Source of the DNA: a virus
Reading direction: 5' to 3' (one strand)
DNA length: 64,000 nucleotides
IMG/VR virus record: IMGVR_UViG_3300027833_000015
Location: 89,884-153,883 of that record
Part shown: positions 25,868 through 34,219 of the stretch, one piece after another
Layout of the letters: the number at the start of each line of letters is the position of its first letter
Numbering within the stretch: position 1 is the stretch's first letter
Position numbers and translations under genes: made by a program
The notes under the pieces: model-generated
Databases searched by the model: none
Seen by the model: the letters and a program-made list of their open reading frames with translations, nothing else
What the model was told of the DNA's origin: nothing

Positions 25868-28843
25868 TTACTTCATTCCTCTCAGTGCTTTGGTCATCAA
25901 CACGACGAACTTACGCTTGTCGACAGGTTTCTGTATAGCATCATGCTTCTTCAGAAGAGCATCGATCTTACCTTTGCTCAACGCCACAGTACGAGTTGGC
26001 GAGACGAGAACATCGCCAGTTTTGTCGCCATGGTTCATAGAGTCTTGCGCGATACGGAGTTGCATGATGATGTTACGATCAGAAGCATCAGCAGAACCTT
26101 TGTGGGTTTTGCCCTTGGCAGTCTTTGTAGTAGTCTTCGCCTTTGGTGCTGCTTTCTTCGCTTTCTTCTCTGCTGCAACTGCTGCTTGTGCCTTTGCTTT
26201 CAGAGCGCGGAACTCTGGACCACGTGGTATGTTCTTTGGACCACCAACCATATCTTGCATCTTCTTGACTACAACATCAGACAGTGCTTCGTTGACTTTG
26301 CCCCAGTTACCTGAGATTGAATCTGTCATAGTATCTTCTCCAAGTGATTTCTTTTTCTTCCTCAGCGCGACCAGTTTTTCGAGGTAGTGCTTACGCTGCC
26401 AGTGCTGGTCTGCTTGTGTTGGGTTCATTGGTCGTCTTTTGTGATCTGCCTGACCCTGTTTGATTTCTTGGGTAGTGTCTTTGATTTCACGGTTGACCTC
26501 TTTCATAGACCACTTTGGGTTTATATTGAGGACTAACTTTCTGCCTTCTTCAACTTGCCTGAAAGATTCGTTTTTCTGTTCTTTCTTTGCGTCATCGTAT
26601 GCGCGTCTTGCTACCTGTTTGATTATCTTGCCTATGGCATGTGTAGTTTGACGTTGCGTTGAAGACATATCGTCCCCGTACACTATTTTGCCCTGCTCCT
26701 TCGCCTTTTTTTCTCCCTTGTTAAAACGAGGGTTTTGGCCAAGATTCCTCTTCTCTCCACTGGCCATTGTTCTTATATAACCTTTCTGTAGAGTTCCGAG
26801 TTTCGCTGCCACCTTTGCATCAACTGTCTTGAAAACATACTTATCAAGTTTGTCTCGACCACCTTGTTTAAATGCAGCAACGCCATCTTTCCTGACGAAG
26901 ACGACAGACCTGACGATCTTATCAAACTCGGGGTCTGCTTCCATTGCCATACGAATTTGATCTTCTAGTGCTTTGTCTTTCGCTTTTCTCTTATTTTTCT
27001 TGGTTGGTATTGCGGCACCGACAGCAACAATAAAATCACGAATATCGTTCAACACGCCTTCATCAACTTGCTCGACAGATTCCATTCGACCTTGTACCTT
27101 ATTCGTTGTATAACTACCAACCTTGGTAGTCTTATTTGCGTTGTCAGCATACTTCTTTGCTGCTGATGCTGATTTGAAATTCTTTGAAGACGAATCTGCT
27201 TTGCCTTTCTCGTCGCGGAACTGGACGGAGAAATATGCTTCTTCAACTTGCTCAACAGATTCTTTGACACCCTTATACTTCTTTATTCCTTTTGCTACTT
27301 CCTTCTTCGCAGCGGTTTTACTAGAAATCCTCTCGATTTGTTGTATTGCACTTTGGTAAAAATTACTATCATATCTACTGAGAGTTTTTGGGAGTCCTCC
27401 AGATTTCTTGAGGTAGTGGTTTATGGTGTCTTTTGCATCATCAAGTAGTTCTGGTTCTTTCTCTTTTCGCGCTTGCGAACGATCCGCATCGTTCTGTTTA
27501 CGGATACGCATAACGGACGACCTTGTTGGTCCCCAAGTATTGAGACCGTGCACGCCACCGCCACGCGTGGACTCATCAACTTGCTGGACTGCTTCCCTGA
27601 TGCTGACGTTTGGTGCAGGGTGTACGCTCGCAGACGGGTGGATCTCGATGAACTTTTCTCTGCCCGTCTCCATGTCCATTATCCTGCCTACAAAATCTTC
27701 GTCATTGTTATCTCTACCCAGTTCAACATAGACAAAATACTTCTTTCCAACCAGTTCGACGGAAAGTCTTACGATCTTCTTCTTCTTTGACTTCGCCAGT
27801 TTGAATATGTTAGTCACGACTCGTTTTACTTTTGCTGGTAAGTCGTCTTTGGACAGATAATTAGAAGATGCTTCGAGAACCTGCTGGTATGACTCAGTAG
27901 ATGCGACCTTCGCTGTACCAGTCTGCTTCTTGAGTCCTAACTTGATTCCTTTCTCTCGCTTGGCGCGGAGTTTAGAATCGCCTCTGGTCTTTGCATCGTC
28001 AGACTGATGCATAGACTTCGACAAGTAGTTGTGGACTTTGTCGTTTGACAACTCATCCAACTTGCTTGATTCTTTAGGGACACAATTCGGTACGGTCTTA
28101 CCACCTTTCTTCTTGGTGCCTACCTGCTTGTGCGAGTCCCAACATGCTTCTGTTTGGACATCTTGGTGTGCGGGAACCATCTTGACACCAGTAGTGCCAT
28201 CTGGTTTCTTGAATTTTACTGGTTTCTTTGCAGAAGAATTTGGGTCACCTGCGTCTTCAGATACCCGATCATTCTCGCGCTCTTGCTTCTTGGCGAGTCG
28301 AACCTTTTGATTCGCGTGTCGCAGTTTCATTCTTGCTGAGTCCTTTTCTGATTTGGCGTTTTCGACAGATTCCTTTTGCAGTTCCGAACTTTGCATTCTA
28401 TGCGATACGAGCGAGGAATTATCTGCGAGACTAACACCATGAATGCCTTTCTTAGCAAGACCAGTCGCAGTACGATTGACTTTAACTTTCTTTCCATGTA
28501 ACTCATGACCTTTCTTGTTCACTACACGAGTTGATCCCATCGGGTGTGGGTTCTTTGCTTCATCAACTTGCTCGACAGATTCGTTCTTGCTGTGTGTCCA
28601 ACCTCTTGCCTTCAATACAAGGTGGGTCGCTTTGCTATCTGCGCGCTTCGTCTCGCCTGTGTCTGGATGGAACATATCATGGGGTACAAACTCGTCAGCA
28701 GACTCATACCTGTTCGAGTGCTTGCTGTAACCACGCTTGTCGTCTTTCTTACGGTCGCGTTGGACAGTTGCCTTGTTGAAAGTTCTCATGTGTTTCGCAA
28801 CTGGGTTGCCTTTGTTTGACGGTGGTGTGCTTTTATCTTTCAT
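25868..28843 (-). CDS. Large basic modular polyprotein (991 aa)
   Basis: Three exact and several degenerate ESVEQVDE linkers; CWDSHKQVGTKKKGGKTVPNCVP module. Confidence 0.75.
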   Translation of the reverse strand: MKDKSTPPSNKGNPVAKHMRTFNKATVQRDRKKDDKRGYSKHSNRYESADEFVPHDMFHPDTGETKRADSKATHLVLKARGWTHSKNESVEQVDEAKNPHPMGSTRVVNKKGHELHGKKVKVNRTATGLAKKGIHGVSLADNSSLVSHRMQSSELQKESVENAKSEKDSARMKLRHANQKVRLAKKQERENDRVSEDAGDPNSSAKKPVKFKKPDGTTGVKMVPAHQDVQTEACWDSHKQVGTKKKGGKTVPNCVPKESSKLDELSNDKVHNYLSKSMHQSDDAKTRGDSKLRAKREKGIKLGLKKQTGTAKVASTESYQQVLEASSNYLSKDDLPAKVKRVVTNIFKLAKSKKKKIVRLSVELVGKKYFVYVELGRDNNDEDFVGRIMDMETGREKFIEIHPSASVHPAPNVSIREAVQQVDESTRGGGVHGLNTWGPTRSSVMRIRKQNDADRSQARKEKEPELLDDAKDTINHYLKKSGGLPKTLSRYDSNFYQSAIQQIERISSKTAAKKEVAKGIKKYKGVKESVEQVEEAYFSVQFRDEKGKADSSSKNFKSASAAKKYADNANKTTKVGSYTTNKVQGRMESVEQVDEGVLNDIRDFIVAVGAAIPTKKNKRKAKDKALEDQIRMAMEADPEFDKIVRSVVFVRKDGVAAFKQGGRDKLDKYVFKTVDAKVAAKLGTLQKGYIRTMASGEKRNLGQNPRFNKGEKKAKEQGKIVYGDDMSSTQRQTTHAIGKIIKQVARRAYDDAKKEQKNESFRQVEEGRKLVLNINPKWSMKEVNREIKDTTQEIKQGQADHKRRPMNPTQADQHWQRKHYLEKLVALRKKKKSLGEDTMTDSISGNWGKVNEALSDVVVKKMQDMVGGPKNIPRGPEFRALKAKAQAAVAAEKKAKKAAPKAKTTTKTAKGKTHKGSADASDRNIIMQLRIAQDSMNHGDKTGDVLVSPTRTVALSKGKIDALLKKHDAIQKPVDKRKFVVLMTKALRGMK

Positions 28844-29028
28844 GGGTTGCCTTTGTAATTTAGTGTAACTTCTTTACCCTGATATGTTGCTTCGGTGAAC
28901 TCTTTAAACGACTTCATGCCCGTCTCATTTGGCGTCAACTTCTTTGCTCGACGAACAGAGGCATCCGTGCCCCACTCATGCTTACATGGATCATACTGAT
29001 CTGATTTCTTGTCCGTCTTTTTTCGCAT
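28840..29028 (-). CDS. Small head-associated protein, possibly truncated
   Basis: EWGTD motif and an internal MKSFKEFTE. Confidence 0.55.
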   Translation of the reverse strand: MRKKTDKKSDQYDPCKHEWGTDASVRRAKKLTPNETGMKSFKEFTEATYQGKEVTLNYKGNP

Positions 29029-29178
29029 TTATCTTAACTTCTTCAACTCAAGTTCGTGGTGCTTGACTTTCTTCTTATCGAAGAACCGTGTACCCTTCAA
29101 GGCATGCAGTTTCATAAGAGCATCTTGATGAAACTTCTTATCTTCTTTGCCCTCATTAAACTCTCTGAACCTTATCAT
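29029..29178 (-). CDS. Small basic protein (49 aa) with capsid-targeting-like N-terminus
   Basis: Manual ORF MIRFREFNEGKEDKK...KKLR downstream of a late promoter. Confidence 0.6.
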   Translation of the reverse strand: MIRFREFNEGKEDKKFHQDALMKLHALKGTRFFDKKKVKHHELELKKLR

Positions 29179-29202
29179 ACTACACCTTTATTGTTGTGGT
29201 TG

Positions 29203-29210
29203 TATTTATA
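29203..29210 (-). promoter_or_regulatory. T4-type late promoter TATAAATA
   Basis: Exact consensus. Confidence 0.75.
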
Positions 29211-29214
29211 TATA

Positions 29215-29391
29215 CTAATCATCAACATACTGTTCTGGGAATTGTGCTCGATGAGCGAGATTCATGAGTTCCTCAGTAGTAAATTGTTGTACGGGTGTGT
29301 CATCGGGATAGGAAACGACGGTCATATCATTCAAACCGAACGCTGCGCTTCCTATTATTACCCATCCAAAACCTGCTGGTCTAGTTATCAT
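29215..29391 (-). CDS. Small hypothetical protein
   Basis: ATGA-coupled to the upstream gene. Confidence 0.5.
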   Translation of the reverse strand: MITRPAGFGWVIIGSAAFGLNDMTVVSYPDDTPVQQFTTEELMNLAHRAQFPEQYVDD

Positions 29392-30485
29392 GCTGTGCCT
29401 CCGTCGGCAATAATCCAACCATAAGTGTCCACCAGCGTCTGTCGCGCTGCTGCTGCTGCGCCACCAGCAGTATATGTACTGCCACCAAACTTTACGTTAT
29501 CTACATCAAACGGTGCTTGCGCTGCCCATGCAATTAACAAGGCATCGTATGTTGCGGTCGACATTTTTGCGGGTGCATCAAGAAAGCGATTGTCGAGAGA
29601 ATTAGAACTATTTAAAGATGATATATCCCATGTCTCTATTCCAGAAAGGTCGACAATATTGTCGAGATCTCTAAACATACTATTCATAGACTCTGCACTC
29701 GATGTATCAAGATTCGACACATCTACAGTAGTTAATGCTGACGGTGCGAGCGAGGATCTAAAGAATGCGTTAAAATTTGTGATGCCACTTGTGTCAAATC
29801 CAGAACCAGAAAAGTCGACATTGACTAACAGAGGGCAGTCGCGTAAAAATTCTTGCATTTTGTTTCCAACCATATTCATCGTAGTTGAACCTACGGTGAA
29901 GTCTGTTAGGTTACTGCAACCCTTGAATCCTCTTTTCAGGTTTCTCCAGTTTACATTACCCAACTGAAGAACCTTCTTGATTTTATCTTTGCTTACGGCA
30001 TTGCCACCAAATCCGAGTCCTGGAAAACTTCCTGTAATGCGAACAGTATACTCGCCAGCAGTAGCATAAGTGTGTGTAAGACCAGAATCATTGAATGCGG
30101 TTACTGTTGTGTTGGCAGTACCGTCACCCCAATCAATGACTGCATTGACTGTTCCTATATTTCCTCCTATACTGGACATATCACATGGCCATGTAATACT
30201 TTCTCCGTCTGCTGTAGTTTCCCATAAAGTTTTGAATGATAGGTCGGGGTCGACCTCATCATATAATGCGCCTTGAGCATCCCAGAAATTCTTGCTGAGT
30301 TCGCCCATGTCTTCGCTCGTAGAACCCTTCCTTCGAACTCGGGTGTACGTTGAGAATATGCCGTTGACACGAATGCCGCCAGATTGTTTTAACCACAAAG
30401 GGCGCATTCTACTCTTTGGTCCTGGATCTACAGGTGAGTCGTTATACTCCCAATGGGGATTATTTGGGATGTCTCTCCACGCCAT
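29388..30485 (-). CDS. PKD + BspA/DUF285-like repeat virion surface protein
   Basis: IDWGDG, HTYATAGEYTV, LDTSSAESMNSMF, WDISS. Confidence 0.75.
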   Translation of the reverse strand: MAWRDIPNNPHWEYNDSPVDPGPKSRMRPLWLKQSGGIRVNGIFSTYTRVRRKGSTSEDMGELSKNFWDAQGALYDEVDPDLSFKTLWETTADGESITWPCDMSSIGGNIGTVNAVIDWGDGTANTTVTAFNDSGLTHTYATAGEYTVRITGSFPGLGFGGNAVSKDKIKKVLQLGNVNWRNLKRGFKGCSNLTDFTVGSTTMNMVGNKMQEFLRDCPLLVNVDFSGSGFDTSGITNFNAFFRSSLAPSALTTVDVSNLDTSSAESMNSMFRDLDNIVDLSGIETWDISSLNSSNSLDNRFLDAPAKMSTATYDALLIAWAAQAPFDVDNVKFGGSTYTAGGAAAAARQTLVDTYGWIIADGGTA

Positions 30486-30524
30486 TTACGGTCTATCCTT
30501 GTATTGTGAATGTAATCTTTCAAC

Positions 30525-30532
30525 TATTTATA
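30525..30532 (-). promoter_or_regulatory. T4-type late promoter TATAAATA
   Basis: Exact consensus. Confidence 0.7.
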
Positions 30533-30566
30533 CAATTCACAATTTAGGATAGACACAAGGGGGAGT

Positions 30567-30953
30567 TTAGATTATGAACCAGTTTGTACCATTGCTTACG
30601 ATAGTCACAGACTCCCATTGGGCAGAAAGAACTTTAGTTGCATTACCATCAATCGTCTCTGCTGCATTAGCATCGAGCGTGACTGTGTTGGCAGCAGCAG
30701 TTTTCTTAACTATAAACGTCTTGCCTTGATTAGCAACTGCTGTTGGGAGAACAATTGTAATCGAATTACTTGTTGTGTCCACGATAAAGATGCCATCGTC
30801 GTTTGTCGCAGTGGCATTAGTGATTAAGTTTGTGACAGTATAGAGGGCAAAAATCTGTTCGAAGTTTGAATTCATTTTCATCCCAGCAGACCGAAGAGTG
30901 TCACCGTTTCCGTCGTTTCCAGTTTGACCAAGGTTCAGTAATTGTACGAGCAT
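30567..30953 (-). CDS. Short fibre/baseplate-attachment protein (gp9/gp10-like N-terminus)
   Basis: NDGNGDTLRSAGMKMNSNF. Confidence 0.7.
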   Translation of the reverse strand: MLVQLLNLGQTGNDGNGDTLRSAGMKMNSNFEQIFALYTVTNLITNATATNDDGIFIVDTTSNSITIVLPTAVANQGKTFIVKKTAAANTVTLDANAAETIDGNATKVLSAQWESVTIVSNGTNWFII

Positions 30954-30971
30954 GGGTATATTCCTAATTGA

Positions 30972-31970
30972 TTATTTGATTCGTGATGCGAATGGGGTTA
31001 TTCTTTTCTTCATCGCTTTCTGAAGACCAGCATTCTTTGATGCGTTTACTGTGGCATATCGTTTCTTGCCGCCACGGACAGGGTTTGGTATAAACTCTGC
31101 GCCAGTTGGTGCAGGGATAAACTCTGCGCTTGACGGTATGTCGCTTCCTTCCTCGACTTTCTCAACTGCGTCCAACCATTTACGCTTAAACGTCTCTTCG
31201 CCCAGTTGGACTATTATATAGTTGCTACCGAGGTGTGTTATAATACCGACTTCGTCAGACTCCCTGACAACCACTTGGTCGCCCAGTTCAAACAGTTCGC
31301 CTTTGACAAACTTCTCTCGAGTCTCTGATACTGGTTCCAGTTCAACGTGCCGACTGAATACTGTATTCTCTTTGAGTCCCATACCTGAGCGCACATCCAT
31401 ATAGAGTTTCTTGGCGTCCTTGTTATTCATGCCACCCAGACCCTGCGAGAAATCAGCAAAGTTGTTGTCAGCAGCATGCTTACGCATCTTAGATGCCGAC
31501 ATACCATCAACTCCATCTGAATCTGGATCACGTTCACCAGCAGAGACGATATTGATTGACTGGAAGTTATAGAAACCGTGGTTGCCCTTCACACCATTGT
31601 ACTTGTCGAGCAAGGTCTTGAACTCACGGACTCGGTCAGAACCAACAACCATAGTGACGGTCTTGAACCCTTGGTCGTAGAGATACGATGCTGCGTCAAA
31701 TGGAGTGCGGACTTTCTTGTTCACGATAATCCTTCGCGCGTGTCTCGGGAACATCTTACGAACGTGCTTGACTTTATCGGTGTATGATAGTGGGTTCTTC
31801 TTGGCGTCTTGCGACTGAGACAAGAATACGAAATATGGGTTCTTACCAGATGCCTTGCCGAGTTTGTCGAGAAGTTTCTCGTGCCCGACAGTCGGTGGGT
31901 TCATACGACCGAATGTGAAGTATGCTGCCTTGCCGTCTTCAATAAGGTAGTCTTTGAATGATATAGGCAT
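30972..31970 (-). CDS. Cytidyltransferase-like (HxGH superfamily) protein
   Basis: FGRMNPPTVGHEKL, VVGSDR, MSASKMR. Confidence 0.85.
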   Translation of the reverse strand: MPISFKDYLIEDGKAAYFTFGRMNPPTVGHEKLLDKLGKASGKNPYFVFLSQSQDAKKNPLSYTDKVKHVRKMFPRHARRIIVNKKVRTPFDAASYLYDQGFKTVTMVVGSDRVREFKTLLDKYNGVKGNHGFYNFQSINIVSAGERDPDSDGVDGMSASKMRKHAADNNFADFSQGLGGMNNKDAKKLYMDVRSGMGLKENTVFSRHVELEPVSETREKFVKGELFELGDQVVVRESDEVGIITHLGSNYIIVQLGEETFKRKWLDAVEKVEEGSDIPSSAEFIPAPTGAEFIPNPVRGGKKRYATVNASKNAGLQKAMKKRITPFASRIK

Positions 31971-31971
31971 C

Positions 31972-32358
31972 TTACTTGTCGTCCTTACCTTTGTTTGCTT
32001 TGCGTTCTCTGTCCTGCTTGCGTATCGCTGGAATCATTTTCTTGGCCAGACGCGCAATGACTGCTGACTTCTTTGCCAGACGCTTTTCAATATCAGTCCG
32101 TCGAGAGAAAGACAATTCATCTTTGCCCGCACCCTTGGTCAACTTCTTCATCATTACAATTCTTGCTTGCCTGTTAGCGCGTTTCTTGACAGTGTCCATG
32201 TTAGGCGTTCTGCGCGCAGCACGTTCGCGACCAATCTTCATACGATTCTTCATCTTCTTCATGCGAAGAGATGCTTTGATTCTCTGTGAATGCGTGAGTG
32301 CCTCATCAGTCTGTTCGACCTCTTGACTCTCCATAAACTCTATTAACGACTTCGGCAT
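31972..32358 (-). CDS. Basic hypothetical protein with capsid-targeting-like N-terminus
   Basis: MPKSLIEFME...VEQTDEAL followed by a very basic body. Confidence 0.65.
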   Translation of the reverse strand: MPKSLIEFMESQEVEQTDEALTHSQRIKASLRMKKMKNRMKIGRERAARRTPNMDTVKKRANRQARIVMMKKLTKGAGKDELSFSRRTDIEKRLAKKSAVIARLAKKMIPAIRKQDRERKANKGKDDK

Positions 32359-32359
32359 T

Positions 32360-33571
32360 CTACTTCCTGTTAGTATTCTCCCAACCCTTGAGGATATCAG
32401 GAGAGAAATTGTTGTACGAGAATTCCATACGGTTGACCAGTTTGACAGCACCACCACCCAGTTTGTCTATAACGACAAAACCTTCTTGGTCAGTTACTCT
32501 ATAACCTTTCTTGGTCCGTACAAAAGCATCGATTCCCGCTAACTTGCTCATTCTATTTATAAGGATCAATTTCGCTAATACTATTTTCTTTTGCAATTCG
32601 AACATTTGTATTAGTGCAGCAGTGTTACCTTTCGAGAAGAACTTCAACAGCAGGTTCAACTTCTGCTGTTGTGCCTTCTTGCCTTTCTCTGACTTACGCT
32701 TGCTGATCTCTTTGGTGTATTTAGTAGTCAACCAAGATTGTAGTTTGAGGACGTGAATCTTGCTATCAGGCAGAACTGTACCTGCTCGGACAAACGTGTT
32801 GTTGTATTGCTCGATCAATTGGGGCAACTCGGGGTGCGCTTCCAACTCACGGAGCACACCACCTGAAATCTTGCGGAATATCTTTCCTGCGTCCTTGAGG
32901 TATGCGTCCACCTTCTTGGTGTTCTCAGCAGTCATGGTCGCTGTTCCGCTGAAATCGCGCAGCATGGCATCCTGTGACCAAATCTTCTTGGTCTTCTTCA
33001 GACGCTTCACGTCCACGCCATAAGACGCTGACATATTCTCGAATGAGTCGCCTTTGTATGTGGTGTGCCACACGATACCGATCTGCGCATCACGCACTGC
33101 CTTCGCTGCTGCGTCCTTATATGGGATTGCGTACACGAGTGTGTTCGGGTGGAATGTGGTGTATTTCTCACCGTCTATCCGAGTCGCCTCAACATCCGAG
33201 GCACTGAACAGGAAGTCGCCTTGTATGACACCTTTGATGCCAAGTAGTGGTAGCAACTCAAGAGCAGCATTCATCTTCTGGTTGAGGTCACCCGAGGTGT
33301 CTGCATCAACGTCTGCTTTGGTCTTATATACTTTGGGGTTCTTGTTGAAGATACCCTTCTTGGCGACAAAGAATTTGCCATCCGATGGATCTGTTCCAGC
33401 GAATATTGCTGGTGCGCCATCCCACTTCACTGAGACGTCACCTTTGTGTTTCCCGTGAAGCATGTTGCGCAATGAGACCAGACCAGCGATTGCTTGTCGA
33501 GTCCCGTCAACTCCACCATAGAGGACTTTGTCCTCGATGTGGGTCATGTGAGTATTCTTGTCACCTGCCAT
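32360..33571 (-). CDS. Conserved T4-like protein (DUF6267-type) with ligase-like motifs
   Basis: NTHMTHIED, VKWDG, IQGDF, EGFV, AVKLV. Confidence 0.75.
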   Translation of the reverse strand: MAGDKNTHMTHIEDKVLYGGVDGTRQAIAGLVSLRNMLHGKHKGDVSVKWDGAPAIFAGTDPSDGKFFVAKKGIFNKNPKVYKTKADVDADTSGDLNQKMNAALELLPLLGIKGVIQGDFLFSASDVEATRIDGEKYTTFHPNTLVYAIPYKDAAAKAVRDAQIGIVWHTTYKGDSFENMSASYGVDVKRLKKTKKIWSQDAMLRDFSGTATMTAENTKKVDAYLKDAGKIFRKISGGVLRELEAHPELPQLIEQYNNTFVRAGTVLPDSKIHVLKLQSWLTTKYTKEISKRKSEKGKKAQQQKLNLLLKFFSKGNTAALIQMFELQKKIVLAKLILINRMSKLAGIDAFVRTKKGYRVTDQEGFVVIDKLGGGAVKLVNRMEFSYNNFSPDILKGWENTNRK

Positions 33572-33757
33572 CTACATACGCTCTATGATTGCAGCGATCT
33601 CATCGACCACCTTGGTGTCACGGATTGTTGCTTCTGTTTTCTCACGATACTTGACTGCGTTCCATCGCGCCAGTGCCGCTTCATTGTGGGCACGTGACTC
33701 GTATCCTACATCCAGATCGACTCCGAGTGCTTCTGCTTCTTCTAAACTCATTTTCAT
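33572..33757 (-). CDS. Hypothetical early protein
   Basis: Coupled ORF. Confidence 0.55.
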   Translation of the reverse strand: MKMSLEEAEALGVDLDVGYESRAHNEAALARWNAVKYREKTEATIRDTKVVDEIAAIIERM

Positions 33758-33966
33758 TTCAATTCTCCATTATCATCAAATTCCATCGTACCTTCAACCA
33801 GTCTGCGACATACCTCTTGCGAGACTGCTGTGGTTCGCCTAGACACGGATGCTTTAGTGTCGTGCATCCACCGCATATTCCGCGTTCGCATTTCTGCTTC
33901 ATATGCGTTATCACGCATAGTGGCCAGTTCTTGGTTGCTAATTTCTTTCAGGTTCAACATATTCAT
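33754..33966 (-). CDS. Hypothetical early protein
   Basis: First gene after cassette copy 3. Confidence 0.6.
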   Translation of the reverse strand: MNMLNLKEISNQELATMRDNAYEAEMRTRNMRWMHDTKASVSRRTTAVSQEVCRRLVEGTMEFDDNGELK

Positions 33967-34047
33967 TTCTCCTCAATTCAGACTATATTATCTCGCAAAT
34001 TGAGTACAAAAGCAAGTTCCGATAAACCTAATAGAATCAATGACTTA
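33967..34047 (-). promoter_or_regulatory. IHF/promoter cassette, copy 3
   Basis: IHF box 34035-34047; TTGCTT-17-GATAAT; GAGGAG RBS. Confidence 0.8.
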
Positions 34048-34219
34048 CGGTAGGAGGCGAGAGACGCCCTCTCGCGCCCTCGAGAGGACTCCTTCGAGTC
34101 CCTTCCCCAGCGTATCCGTGACCCTCGAAACGCTCTCTCGCGTCCTCCTCGCGCCTCCCGAGAGGAGAAATGAGGAGAAATAGGGAAACTTGAATGGAAT
34201 CAACAGGTTATGTTTATGC

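Noticed and set aside
19960-28585. ~20-bp dispersed repeats as a CRISPR array
   Set aside because: The repeats are in frame within long ORFs, spacing is irregular at hundreds of bp, and no cas operon is present. The Cas4-like exonuclease at 46760 is a common T4-like gene far away.
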